Assembly (NCBI GenBank): GCA_965198065.1
Contig: CBDAON010000004.1
Location: 2,432,001-2,496,000, forward strand
Reading direction: 5' to 3'
Source of the DNA: Longimicrobiales bacterium
GTDB taxonomy: Bacteria > Gemmatimonadota > Gemmatimonadetes > Longimicrobiales > Gaopeijiaceae
Length of the DNA stretch: 64,000 nucleotides
Shown here: in pieces, positions 18,514 to 29,437 of the stretch
Numbering within the stretch: the first letter of the stretch is position 1
Layout: every line of letters starts with the position of its first letter
Made by a program: the position numbers and the translations under genes
The notes under the pieces: model-generated
What the model saw: only the letters and a program-made list of their open reading frames with translations
What the model was told of the DNA's origin: nothing
Databases searched by the model: none

Positions 18514-21045
18514 CTACTGCTCCACCGTGAGCCGCGCCCAGTCCCACCCCTCGAGCCCCCGCTCGCTCACCGCCTTCACCGCGAGGACCGAGCCCGGCCG
18601 CACTCCCTCGAGGAGCACGGACGGGCGCCTGCTTCCTGAGCCCGGGGTCCAGGCGACCTCCCTCTCCACTTCCACTCCCGCCGCGGAGTCGTAGCGTACC
18701 GTGTATCGGGAGACCCCGGTCTCTGGAGCCGGATCCCAGGACAAGACGATCGCACTGGGCTGTCGCGCGCCAGCGGGCGTCGACTCCAGGCCCGCCAGCC
18801 GGGACGGGCTCGAAGCGAGGAGCATCAGCGTCCCGACCGTTACGCGGCTGACCTCGGCCACGAGCCGCTGGTTGACGGTCTCAAGACGGTCCGTGAACTG
18901 GTGGTAGTGTGGATTTCCGAGGACGGGGTAGGAACCGATCCCTCCCACGATGTCCCCGTACGCCTCGTAGTACGCCGCCGCGTCGGTGCTCCGGTAGTAA
19001 AGGGCGTCGTAAGTGATGAGGTCCGAGAAGAGGATCGCGGCGGCATGCTGGATGTCGCGGATCCCGGGGTTCGAGTACCGGATCGTGTTGTCCAGCCGGT
19101 GATCGTTCGCCCACCCGATCATGTCGTTGTTGAGAGCTCCGACGATCTGCTTCCCGCCCTCGACCGCCCGTCTCACGTACTCCCGGCTCCCGAGGAGCCC
19201 CGCCTCCTCACCGGTGAAGAAGGCGAACTCGATCGTGGCCGACCGCGGGTGGTCCCGCATCACCCGGGCAGCCTCGAGCAGCGCTGTCATCCCTGAGGAG
19301 TTGTCGTCCGCCCCGGGTCCCCTCTCAACGGAATCGAAGTGGCTGCTGGCGACGTAGACGAGGCCTGGATCGACCGTTCCCGGGAGTCGGGCGATCACGT
19401 TGGCGGTCCGGATCCCCTCCCTCGGCTCGAACCACTGGAGCTCGGGCTCATAGCCCCACCCGCGGAGCTGCGCCTCTAGGTAGGCGATCGCGAGCAGGTT
19501 CCCAGGCTGGGTGATGTACTTCGAGTCCATCCGGTACAGCTCGCGGGCATGCTGGTAGATCCGCTCCACGGACACCTGCCCCGTGACCAGGGCCACCTCG
19601 TCGGTGATCGGTGCGAAGCTACGTGTCCCGCGAGCCCGGAGATCCTTCTCCCGGGCGAGGTTCTCCTCGAGGCGAGTCCGAACCGCTCGCAGCGTGGCCG
19701 TGCGGTCGAGATGGACCAGATAGACCCCGCGCTCAGGGGAGATCGTATCCCCGTCCCGGTCCGCGATGATTAGGATCCTCGAGCCGTCGGGGACGATCTG
19801 CCACTCGTACTCCGGAGCGATCGTGCGGACCGTGTTGTTGTGGAAAAGCTTGGTCTGGGTGCCGGTCGTGGCGTCGTAGAGGTAGGACCGGCGGTGACGA
19901 GCTTCCCCCTTCAGCGCGAGGATCGTCTCCTCGTCCACGAAGCGGGGCCCGAGATCGTGCTGGATCTCCTTTGTGAGCTGGCGGATCTCTCCGTCCGCGA
20001 CAGCCGGGGAGGCGAAGATCTCCCAGTCGTGGACCGGGCGTGCCTGGAAGGCCACCGTGCGCCCGGAAGGCGAAAGGGCCGGAGTGCTCACCTCCATCGA
20101 GGTGCGGAGCACGAGGGCGGGCTCCGGGAGCCCGGCCGGGTCCAGGGGCAACACCTCGACGGTGTAATCCGACCCTTCCCTTCCGACGAATGCGAGGAAG
20201 GAGCCGTCGGCGGAGACCGCAGCCCCGGAACGCCCGGGGTAAAGGGTTGAGGCCCTCGTCGCGAGGTCGAGCACGACGAGGGTGGCATCACCCCCTCCAC
20301 CCCCGGTCCCCGAAGACGAAGTGAAGACCAGGTGTCGCCCTCCCGGAGCCGGGAGGATCCCGGACTTTCCTCCTTCCCCCGCGGGGAGCACCGTGAGCGT
20401 CCCCGAGGAAGCGACGATCCGGAGGATGTCCGTGGGCCTTTGCTCGCTCTCCCGGCTGGCCAGCGCATAGAAGGTGTCCTGGTCGGGGGACCCCACGAGA
20501 ACGCCGGCTACGGAGTTCGTCGGTCCCCTGGGCAGCCATCCCCTGAGGTCGATCGTTCGCTCCGGACCGCTCGGAAGCGCCCGGACACGCACGCGACGGT
20601 CCTCCACGGTCTCGCCGATCACCAGGTACGCCACGTGATCCGCTCCGGCAAACGTGGCGCCAACCCCAGGAAGGGTAAGTACTGGAGCTCCGCCAGCGCG
20701 GAGATCCACCACCCGCGTGACGGCCTCCCCGGCCTCCCGAGCCTCATAGAGGGCGTACGCGGAATTGGCGGCCACCCGGAGGTTCGCGCGACCGTCCCAC
20801 GCCACCTCCTCGACCTGGAAGAGCTCCCCGCTCAGGAGGGCGATCTCTTCGAGGTGCCCCGCCCCGCCCGGACCTGTCAGGGCTTCGAGATAACCGGTCA
20901 GAGCCTCGTCGTACGCGCCCCGGTCCCACGCGAAGTACGCCTCCTGGAGCCCCGGATCCGAGGGAAGGGGGGGCATCTGCGCGGCGAGGGGGAGCGCCGG
21001 GGCCACGATGAGGAAGGCCCCGAGGAACGCTCGAATGGATCGCAT
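18514..21045 (-). CDS. Secreted M28 peptidase with N-terminal TolB/PD40-like propeller and C-terminal FN3-like domain
   Basis: SHFDS, GADDNSSG, GEEAGLLGS, NNDM, PHYH; PALSPSG repeats; LSWDPAP. Confidence 0.88.
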   Translation of the reverse strand: MRSIRAFLGAFLIVAPALPLAAQMPPLPSDPGLQEAYFAWDRGAYDEALTGYLEALTGPGGAGHLEEIALLSGELFQVEEVAWDGRANLRVAANSAYALYEAREAGEAVTRVVDLRAGGAPVLTLPGVGATFAGADHVAYLVIGETVEDRRVRVRALPSGPERTIDLRGWLPRGPTNSVAGVLVGSPDQDTFYALASRESEQRPTDILRIVASSGTLTVLPAGEGGKSGILPAPGGRHLVFTSSSGTGGGGGDATLVVLDLATRASTLYPGRSGAAVSADGSFLAFVGREGSDYTVEVLPLDPAGLPEPALVLRTSMEVSTPALSPSGRTVAFQARPVHDWEIFASPAVADGEIRQLTKEIQHDLGPRFVDEETILALKGEARHRRSYLYDATTGTQTKLFHNNTVRTIAPEYEWQIVPDGSRILIIADRDGDTISPERGVYLVHLDRTATLRAVRTRLEENLAREKDLRARGTRSFAPITDEVALVTGQVSVERIYQHARELYRMDSKYITQPGNLLAIAYLEAQLRGWGYEPELQWFEPREGIRTANVIARLPGTVDPGLVYVASSHFDSVERGPGADDNSSGMTALLEAARVMRDHPRSATIEFAFFTGEEAGLLGSREYVRRAVEGGKQIVGALNNDMIGWANDHRLDNTIRYSNPGIRDIQHAAAILFSDLITYDALYYRSTDAAAYYEAYGDIVGGIGSYPVLGNPHYHQFTDRLETVNQRLVAEVSRVTVGTLMLLASSPSRLAGLESTPAGARQPSAIVLSWDPAPETGVSRYTVRYDSAAGVEVEREVAWTPGSGSRRPSVLLEGVRPGSVLAVKAVSERGLEGWDWARLTVEQ

Positions 21046-21221
21046 CGTCACCCCTCTGAGATGGGGCTGGGAGACCACGCCCCTCGCCTTGAGTCAGCAG
21101 ACAGAAGGTGGTCCAGATTAGTCAGCAACCTCCGGGGATTTCTTGCGGCTCGAAGAAGATGTGGCTCCCTCACTTCACGCTGGCTCCCGCTGGACGAGGA
21201 TGTGGCGGTCCGCCACTCGGA

Positions 21222-22343
21222 CTAATCGGCAGTCTTCAGCTTGAACCTTTGCATCCGTCTACCGTTCCCCGCCTCTCCGGTGTAGAGGTAGCCCCGGGAG
21301 TCGAGCACCACCATGTGCGCCCGGATGAACTCGCCCGCCTGGCGACCGGGTCTCCCAAACCTGCCTAGGATTTCCAGGTCGTTCCGCCGCAGCATCCAGA
21401 CACGTTGGTTCGTGCCATCGATGAGGTAGAGGAGGCTCTGTTCGGGATCCCGCGACAGCCCGAGGCTGAATCCACTCCCCGATCCGCGCGTCTCTGGACG
21501 GACGAAACGCTCCATCAAGTACTCGCCGCTCTGGCGGAAGACCTGAATACGGTTTCCGCGACGGTCGGCCACATAGACCAGCCCGTCGTTCGAGCCGACG
21601 ATGCCATGGACCGTGGAGAACTGCTGAGGCGGATCGTCGGGATTGACGGGATACTCATATGTGTAGTCGTCGTCCGGTGGGTTCCCGTACGCGCCCCAAT
21701 GACGGCGGTATTCGCCCGTCGCCGCATCGAAGACCACCACACGTCGGTTACGGTATCCATCCGCGATGAAGAGTTCGTTCGTACTGGGCTCCACGAAGAA
21801 GTTCGCCGGGCCTCCCAGATGAGTCGGATCGTTGCTGCCCCTATTCACGCCGGGCTCACCGATGGTGAGAACGTGGCTGCCATCCTTGGTGAACTTCATC
21901 ACGTGGAATCCATTGCTCGTGCCGAGCCAGGCGAACCCGTTGTGATCGACATAAATCCCGTGCTCCTGATCAAACCATGTATAGCCCTCGCCCGGACCGC
22001 CCCAGGCTTGCAGGACGTGACCCTCGGGATCCAGTTCGAGAACCGGAGGAGCGGGAAAACAACAATCTGCAATGGGTGGATCCTGTGCGGCTCCGATCTC
22101 CTGAGGGGTCAGACTCGACGGCATGTGAACTACCCAGAGGTGGTCGTCTTCATCCACGAAGAGCCCTCTGTTGTCGCCGAGGATCCAGTCGTTGGGCAGG
22201 GTCGGTGGCCAGGTTGGGTCCACTTCCCACTCTGGCAGTGTGGCCAATGTCTGCTCTAGTGCCTGCTGAGAAGTCTGAGCGCCGCAAGCGGCAGTCATAA
22301 GAAGCAAGGCCGTGACGCTGAAAGGCTTCACCCGATTTCTCAT
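21222..22343 (-). CDS. NHL-repeat beta-propeller lipoprotein (PAL-like)
   Basis: Lipobox TAAC; EHGIYVD, FIADGYRNRRVVVFD, VYVADRRGNRIQVF. Confidence 0.85.
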   Translation of the reverse strand: MRNRVKPFSVTALLLMTAACGAQTSQQALEQTLATLPEWEVDPTWPPTLPNDWILGDNRGLFVDEDDHLWVVHMPSSLTPQEIGAAQDPPIADCCFPAPPVLELDPEGHVLQAWGGPGEGYTWFDQEHGIYVDHNGFAWLGTSNGFHVMKFTKDGSHVLTIGEPGVNRGSNDPTHLGGPANFFVEPSTNELFIADGYRNRRVVVFDAATGEYRRHWGAYGNPPDDDYTYEYPVNPDDPPQQFSTVHGIVGSNDGLVYVADRRGNRIQVFRQSGEYLMERFVRPETRGSGSGFSLGLSRDPEQSLLYLIDGTNQRVWMLRRNDLEILGRFGRPGRQAGEFIRAHMVVLDSRGYLYTGEAGNGRRMQRFKLKTAD

Positions 22344-22581
22344 GGCCTCGCTGCTCCCTGCGAGCGGAGTGGGTTTTGGGGGTGTTGTCTGGAAAAGTAG
22401 ATCAACGTGAGGAAGACGGAGATCGCTCCCGCGACTTCTCCGACGGCGCCGGAGTCGTGGATGCTCACACAATGCAAGCTCATCCGGCACCGCGCCACCG
22501 CCCGTAGTCACGCTTTACGTTATGCACGCAAGCCCCACTGAGAGATCACTCCCAACGGCGAGGACACTCAGGTCGGCGGTG

Positions 22582-22707
22582 TCACTCCGGCACCACCTGC
22601 CTCAACTCCTCGAAGAAGTTCTGATGAGGATGAGGCGCTGGGGCTCCAAATCCGGGTCCTGAGCCGTAGCAGGGTTGGCATTCCGAGCGAAGATAAACCG
22701 GTACCCG
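22582..22707 (-). repeat. Dispersed gene-tail remnant (copy 2, longer)
   Basis: GYRFIFARN...RLIL-NFFEELRQVVPE*; matches 16985-17038. Confidence 0.7.
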
Positions 22708-22734
22708 TGAGGACTCTGATTGGTTCGTCGGTGG

Positions 22735-24511
22735 TCAGAATCCCCCTGTTCCGCCACCTCCGAAGCCTCCCCCGCTGAATCCGCCTCCCCCGCCGCCGAA
22801 CCCCGATCCGCCCGAACTGCGTGGCTGAGACGTCATCACCGATCCGGTCCGGTTGCTCATCGACGTCATGCTGCGTGACAACCCCACCGAATTGAAGTGC
22901 GCGGGGCCGTCCCCGACGTACCAGCTCGGGGGTTCGGTGTAGATGTCCTCGAACGCTCGGGCCCAGCGGCTCTCCACGCCCAGGGCCATGGCGTGTGGCA
23001 GGTAACGCTCGAACATCTGGGGCGAATCGATCATCCGCTTGAAATGATCCGCCTCGACGCGACTGAGGAACTCCTGGAAGCCCAGAATGTGCTCGAGTTG
23101 GCGTGTCCCCGCCTTCGTGCGCCGGGACATGAGGGGACCCAAGATCAGGATGGGTAAGGCCGCGCCCACGATTCCGATCGACAGCAAGCTCGGAGGCACC
23201 CCGAGGGCGTCGGCGAACGCCAAGGCAAAGAAGATCCCGAGCCCCAGCGTTACGATCCCCAGCAACATGTACCTCGCGACCACGTGGTCGGGCCGCTTCT
23301 TGTAGTACCCGGCTTCGATGAGCTGGGTGAAGATTCGCTCCTTGAGGTCCTTGATCTCCGAGTAGAAGTCGCTCTCCAGGTCCTCCGTCTTCACGCGATC
23401 GCCGGTGCCTCTGCGGAAGAGCTCGCCGAGGAGCTTCTTCTCGAACCCCGGGAGGTCGCGTGACTCCGACTTCTTGACCCGATGGAAGGTGTATTCCTCC
23501 GAAGACGTGAGCCCGAAAAGCCCCTTATCCTCCCGTCGCTCGATCCGGATGTAGCCGCGCACCGCAAGGTCGACGATCGACGCCGTGATGTCTTTCATGT
23601 CCGGTCGGTTGTCGACGAGCGTGCCGATCTCGGCTGGTGTCATGCCTTCGGGGGGCTTGTACTGTGGAGCAACGGCCCGGCGGTCGGGGTCCTTCCCCTT
23701 GGCCTTCCAATGCTTCCACATGAGGAAGAAGCTGAGGATGGGGAGAAGGAGGACCCAGTTGGCCCTGAAGGTGCTCGCGGTCCTGTCCACGATGGTGGGG
23801 CGGCGGATCACTCCCGGGTTCCAGGCCAAGTCCACGGTCAGACCCTCTCGCGGGGCAAAGCCGCGCAGGGACTGCACATAGAATCCATCTTGTATCTCTG
23901 TGATCGTGGCGTCCGACGCGGTAGATCCGTAGCTGCCGGTATACGCCCTCGCCTGGACGCCCGTGAGCGCAGCGGGGAGGTGTACGGTGACCGAGGCCTG
24001 GTCGATCGAGATCTCGGACTCGTCCCCTGTGGCGTTCCAATACAGCTCGTCGTAGCCCCCGGAGAACCCTTCACCCTCCCCGTCGAAGAACCGCAAGGGA
24101 TTCTTGACCGTGTAGCGGAAGTCGACCGTCCTGCTGGTGTTCTGGGCACCGGGCACCCACACCTTGATGCGCCGGTAGTGCCGCTCCCGGCTGGTTTCGA
24201 AGCGAAGCGTCTCGCCCGCTTCGTTCCTTACCTAGATATCGTCCAGCACCAGCCGGAAGTTAAGGCCGCTCGGGCTCTGGTAGCTGATCGGGATATCGCG
24301 GAAGACACCGTTCCAGCTCCCAGTGAACCCGTATCGGATCGACTCCAGGACGTCCATCGTTCCGTCCTCGTGGACGGTGAGCGTGACGCTGAAGTCCTCT
24401 ACCCGGAGCTCCCTCTGGGCTGCGGCGGGCGAGACCGAGAGCTCCGGCCATGGCCAGAAGGACGGTCCCAACGGCCGTCCGGAGTCTCCCGCGGAGTGTC
24501 AGCGCTCGCAC
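22735..24511 (-). CDS. DUF2207 membrane protein (5' frameshift; in-frame TAG at 24232-24234)
   Basis: ELYWNATG, ASIVDLAVRGYI, YLPHAMALGV, Gly-rich GGGFSGGGFGGGG tail; downstream of lemA. Confidence 0.85.
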
Positions 24512-24515
24512 GGTT

Positions 24516-25067
24516 CTACTCGCTCCCGCTGAAGTCGACCTTCGGGACCACACTCTCATCGTCGGGGATCTCGAAGAACTCCTCCTGTCGGAAGTTGAAC
24601 ACCCGGGCGACCACGTTCGACGGCACCTGTTGAATCTTCGTGTTGAAGTCCCGCACTACCGCGTTGTAGTAACGCCGGGCCTGCTGGGTCGCGTCCTCCA
24701 ACTCGGAGAGGGTTGCTTGCAGGTCCCGAAACCCCCCAGCCGCCTGGAGGTCGGGATACGCCTCGGCCAGCGCAAAAAGCGACTTCAGAGCGCCCGCGAG
24801 TATCCCTTCCGCCTGTGCCTTCGCGGCCGGCCCCTGCGCGCCCATCGCACTCGATCGCGCCTGAACGACGGCCTCCAGGGCCTCCTTCTCATGACTCGCG
24901 TACCCTTTCACCGTCTCCGCGAGATTCGGAATCAGGTCGTAGCGGCGCTTCAGTTGAACGTCGATATCGGCCCAGGCCGCCTCAGCCCGCTCCCGGAGCT
25001 TGACAAGAGAGTTGTACATGGCCGCGAAGCCAACGACGGCCACGCCGATGACGACCAACTCCCACAT
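24516..25067 (-). CDS. lemA: LemA family protein
   Basis: YNSLV...WADIDVQLKRRYDLIPNL...AEAYPDL...RRYYNAVV. Confidence 0.93.
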   Translation of the reverse strand: MWELVVIGVAVVGFAAMYNSLVKLRERAEAAWADIDVQLKRRYDLIPNLAETVKGYASHEKEALEAVVQARSSAMGAQGPAAKAQAEGILAGALKSLFALAEAYPDLQAAGGFRDLQATLSELEDATQQARRYYNAVVRDFNTKIQQVPSNVVARVFNFRQEEFFEIPDDESVVPKVDFSGSE

Positions 25068-25111
25068 GGTCCGGCTCCATTCGTCTCGGGGAGTACGTGA
25101 GACCGAGGTCT

Positions 25112-26546
25112 GAGTGAGTCCCATCTTTAGTTGAAATTGAAGCGGCCTCCAACCTCAGGTAACGTGGGTGTGCGACCACACCACGGGATCACAAGAGAGG
25201 AAGGAGGGCCACCGATGGGAAGGATGCCAAGGCTCGTCGAGCGGGGGCAAGAAGGACCGGCGGCTCGGGGAACCGAGGGAGGTGAGTTGGGAGGAGATCG
25301 AGGCGCTGGAGCTGGACCCTCGGGTGGAGCTGATCCGGCAGCTGATTCCGCTGGGACTGGCGGAGGTGGGCCGGATGCTCGAGGAGGAAGTGGAGCAACT
25401 GGCGGGGCAACGTCACGCCAGGAAGACCGAGGACGATCGACATTGCCGGCATGGGCATAACCCAGGGTCGGTGCGGTTGGGCGGCCAGCGGCATCCGGTG
25501 CGAGTACCGCGGGTGCGAGGCCCGGCCGGAGAGTCGAGGCTGGCGGCGTATGAGCAGCTGCATGGCTCGCCCGGCGAGATGGACGAGGGGCTGTTTCGGA
25601 AGGTGCTGCTCGGGATCTCGTGCCGGGACTACGAGGCAGCGGTCGAGGCGGTGCCTGGAGCCATCGGGCTGTCGAAGTCGACGGTCTCGCGGGAGTTCAA
25701 GAAGGCCACGGCCGCGAAGCTGAAGGAGTTTCAGGAGCGGGACCTCTCGGGTTACGACGTGGGGTGGCACTCGTCCTGGACGGCAAGAGCTTTGCCGAGG
25801 ACGAGATGGTCGTCGCGCTCGGGGTGACGACCAAGGGGGACAAGGTCTTCCTCGGGTTCGTCCAGACCGACACGGAGAACGCCGTGGTGATCCGATCCTT
25901 CCTTCGGAGTCTGAAGGACCGAGGTCTCGACCTGTCGGCCGGAGCGCTCGTGGTGATCGATGGAGCCCGCGGTCTCCGGAGCGGCGTCCTGGCGGTCTTC
26001 AAGGGACAGGTGCTCATCCAGCGGTGCCAGTGGCACAAGCGGGAGAACGTGATCTCGTATCTGCCGAGAGCGGAGCAGAAGGGCTGGCGCCAGCGTCTGC
26101 AGCGCGCCTACCAGCGGCCCACGTACGAAGAGGCCGTCAAGGACCTCAAGGCCCTGCGCCAGGAGCTCGCGGGGGTGAACCAGTCCGCGGCGGCCAGTCT
26201 CGATGAGGGGTTCGAGGAGACCCTCACCCTCCACCGGTTGGGAGTCTTCCCCCTGGTCGGCCAGTCGCTCAAGACCACCAACGTGCTCGAGTCCGTGAAC
26301 GCCCTGGCCGAGCAGAGGTGCGGACGCGTGGACCACTGGAAGAACTCGAGCCAGAAGCACCGATGGCTCGCGACCACGCTCCTGGAGATCTAGTCACGGC
26401 TCCGGAGGTTGCTCGGGTACCGACACCTCCCGCTCCTCAGGGCCGCGATCCAGAAGGACCTCGGGATCACCCTTCCCGAGAGCCGTTCACATGCTGTCGC
26501 CTGAGACGGAGGCCGCTCCAGTTTCAACTAACTTTGGGATTGACTC
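25112..26546 (+). mobile_element. IS256-family insertion sequence, copy 2; transposase disrupted
   Basis: Inverted near-identical copy of 4031-5464 with the same IRs, frameshift near 25760 and TAG at 26391. Confidence 0.92.
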
Positions 26547-26838
26547 CGCAATGTTTCCAGTTCAATAGGCACCACGGCTCATTCCGGAGCGCGCAGCGTT
26601 CCTGGCGTGGGACCCCGGGCTCTGACAGCACTAGAAGGGCCCTGAGAGTGGCTGCGGTCCGGCGCTGAGCCGTCTACCGAGTGTTTTCCTCGCCGCTGAA
26701 ATCCCCGCGAAGTTGGGCACGGGATGGACTCGCTCTCCACGCATGTGGTAATCGATGGGAGTCGGCCGTATCGTGAAGTGCCTCTAGAGGTGAGGACATG
26801 CATCACGAGCGCTTAGGCTCGAGCACTGGGCCATTCGG

Positions 26839-27762
26839 GTGGAGCCACTCGAGTTCCGGGACGTACGTGCGGACAGCTTACACCGCGAAGGCTCGGGGGC
26901 CGTGTCGACCGGCGTAGCGCAAAAGATCAACCGTGAACTGGCGGTGCTGTTGGGATGGGGGCGCGCCGTCCTACTTCAGTTCGCACATCCATTGGTCGCG
27001 GCGGGCGTCGCGGACCACAGCGGGTTCCGCGAAGACCTGGTGGGATACGTGCGACGGACGCGCCGTACCGTCGGCGCGATGCTCGCGCTCACCTTCGGCG
27101 GCGAGGACGACGCTCGCGCGGCGGCGGCCCGCATCAACGCCGTCCACGATCGCATTCACGGCACGCTGGGGAAACCGAGCGGAGCCTTCCCCGCCGGGAC
27201 GCGGTACTCCGCGCGCGACCCGGAGCTCCTCCGGTGGGTGCACGCCACCCTGCTGGACTCCGTGCCGCTCGCCTACGAGCGGTTCGTCGGCCCGCTCTCG
27301 CCGGCGGAGAAGGACCGCTACTGCGCGGAGGCGACCATGGTGGGACCGCTCATTGGGATCCCGGACGCACTGCTGCCGACCTCGGTCGCCGAGCTCGAGG
27401 CCTACCTGGGAGAGATGTACTCGAGCGGCGTAATCGTGGTCACCGACACCGCCCGCGCGCTCGCGGCCGGGCTGCTGTCGCCGCCGCTGGGCATCGCGGG
27501 CCGGCCCCTGGTGGGGCTCTCCCGTCTGACGACCATCGGGCTACTGCCCGCCGCTATCCGGAACGCGTACGGATTCGCGTGGGCAGCCAGGGACGAGTGG
27601 GCCCTCGAGTGCTCGACCTCGCTCCTTCGCGGCGTGCGGATGATCCTCCCGCAGGCGCTTCGCGAGTGGCCGGCAGCGAGGGCGGCTTGTGCTTCCTTCG
27701 GGGGGCAGAGTCCTCGACGATGTCGGCTCGGTCTAGCAGTCGGAGAGAAGGAGGGACCGTGA
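26839..27762 (+). CDS. DUF2236 / MpaB-like oxygenase family protein
   Basis: GRAVLLQFAHPLVAAGVADHS, INAVHDRIHG, YSARDPELLRWVHATL. Confidence 0.88.
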   Translation: MEPLEFRDVRADSLHREGSGAVSTGVAQKINRELAVLLGWGRAVLLQFAHPLVAAGVADHSGFREDLVGYVRRTRRTVGAMLALTFGGEDDARAAAARINAVHDRIHGTLGKPSGAFPAGTRYSARDPELLRWVHATLLDSVPLAYERFVGPLSPAEKDRYCAEATMVGPLIGIPDALLPTSVAELEAYLGEMYSSGVIVVTDTARALAAGLLSPPLGIAGRPLVGLSRLTTIGLLPAAIRNAYGFAWAARDEWALECSTSLLRGVRMILPQALREWPAARAACASFGGQSPRRCRLGLAVGEKEGP

Positions 27763-28075
27763 AGAAGCTGATCCTCCTCGTCGTGATCGCCGGCCTACTG
27801 GGTGGGCGACTTCGGCACCCGCCCTTCAGTCATGTGCTTCGGTCGGGCGCGCCGGCGCGGCGGGTGGGCGGTCGAAACAGAGCCGGGGCAGAGGAGAACC
27901 GGATCTACCTCTCGGCGCGATGACCCATCGGGCCGTCCCTTGCTGACGCCACGCGTGCCGATCGGCGGAGGGGGGTGCCCGATGGTCATGCCCACCAGCC
28001 TGTGGTAGCTTCTCCCGGACGGAGCGACGCGGAGGCACCGATCCGACCACGGCCGCGCGCCATCCGGAGGGCGAG

Positions 28076-29287
28076 ATGACTGAACGACCGTGTGGCTTCT
28101 TCCCGAGCGCGATTCTGGTGGGTGGGCTCGTCGCCCTCCCGTTCACAGCCGCGGCGCAGCCGGGCGGCGGCGGCACCCAGGTCCAGCCCGGAGAGCCGTG
28201 TCCCCCCGGGATGACCCAGATCCGCCCCGGGAACTGCCGGGCTCCCGAGTTCGCGCCCCCGAGCATCGTGGACTACGGGCCCCGCTCGACGCTTATCGTC
28301 GAGGAGCACTCGGTCCCGAGCGCGCGCTATCCGGTGGTGGATGTCCATGGCCATGCCGGGAACGTCGCGAATCCGGGCGTGATGGACGAGATGATCGCCT
28401 CGCTCGACGCGCTGAACGTCCGCGTGTACGTGTCGGCCGACAACGTTTCGGGAGAACGTCTCCAGCGCGCTCTGGACGCCGTCGCGGCCAGCCCCCACAG
28501 GGACCGCTTCCGCATCCTCGCGGGAATCGACTTCCGGAACGTGGGACCGGGGTGGGGCGAGGAGGCCTCCCGCCAGCTTGAGGCGGACATCCGGGCGGGG
28601 GCCATCGGGGTCGGCGAGATCCCCAAGAGCTTCGGGCTGACCACGACGAAGGCGGACGGCTCTCGGCTCCGGATCGACGATCCCGAGATCGATCCCGTGT
28701 GGGAGACCGCGGCGCGCCTGGGCATTCCTGTTTTCATCCACACGGCGGAGCCCCAGGAGTTCTTTCAGCCCCTGACGTTCGAGAACGAGCGCTGGCTAGA
28801 GCTTGCCCTCTTCCGTGACCGCCGGAATTACGAGCCGGGGCAGGTGACCTTCGAGGAGCTGATGGTGGAGCGGGACAACCTGTTCCGGCGCCACCCGGAC
28901 GTGCGCTTCGTTGCGGCCCACCTGGGTTGGCACGCGAACGACCTGGGGCGGGCGGCGCGCATGCTGGACGAGTTTCCGAACGTGACCGTGGAACTTGGCG
29001 CCGTCCTGTACGATCTGGGCCGGCAGCCAAGGGCCTCGCGGGAGTTCTTCATCCGGTATCAGGACCGGATTATGTTCGGGAAGGACTCGTTCCAGCCGTC
29101 CGAGTATCCCTATTACTGGAGGGTGCTCGAGACGGCGGACGAGTACTTCGACTACTACCGCGACTACCACGCGTTTTGGAAGCTGTATGGGATGGACCTC
29201 CCCGACGAGGTTCTCCGCAAGGCTTATTACGGGAACGCTCTGCGCATCTTCGGGGGACTTCCGCAGGACGGCTGGCCGGAGCTTTAG
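28076..29287 (+). CDS. Secreted amidohydrolase-family protein
   Basis: VDVHGH, PVFIHTAEP, AHLGW, DRIMFGKD. Confidence 0.9.
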   Translation: MTERPCGFFPSAILVGGLVALPFTAAAQPGGGGTQVQPGEPCPPGMTQIRPGNCRAPEFAPPSIVDYGPRSTLIVEEHSVPSARYPVVDVHGHAGNVANPGVMDEMIASLDALNVRVYVSADNVSGERLQRALDAVAASPHRDRFRILAGIDFRNVGPGWGEEASRQLEADIRAGAIGVGEIPKSFGLTTTKADGSRLRIDDPEIDPVWETAARLGIPVFIHTAEPQEFFQPLTFENERWLELALFRDRRNYEPGQVTFEELMVERDNLFRRHPDVRFVAAHLGWHANDLGRAARMLDEFPNVTVELGAVLYDLGRQPRASREFFIRYQDRIMFGKDSFQPSEYPYYWRVLETADEYFDYYRDYHAFWKLYGMDLPDEVLRKAYYGNALRIFGGLPQDGWPEL

Positions 29288-29437
29288 GCGGCCCGATCCC
29301 GGCGTTATCCCCGGCCTCCTGCCGGGCGCGCTCGAGCCACCGCCCGGAGGGGTCCGAGCCCCGGGTTAAGACGTGCGCGTGCCCCTCGAGGATTCCCAGG
29401 CCGCCACGAAGTTCCTGACCTCGTACCGGTTCGAGCC

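Noticed and set aside
27759..28075. Gene starting VKKLILLVVIAGLLGG after DUF2236
   Set aside because: Only a short signal-like stub with an SD; no recognisable continuation, so no product can be supported
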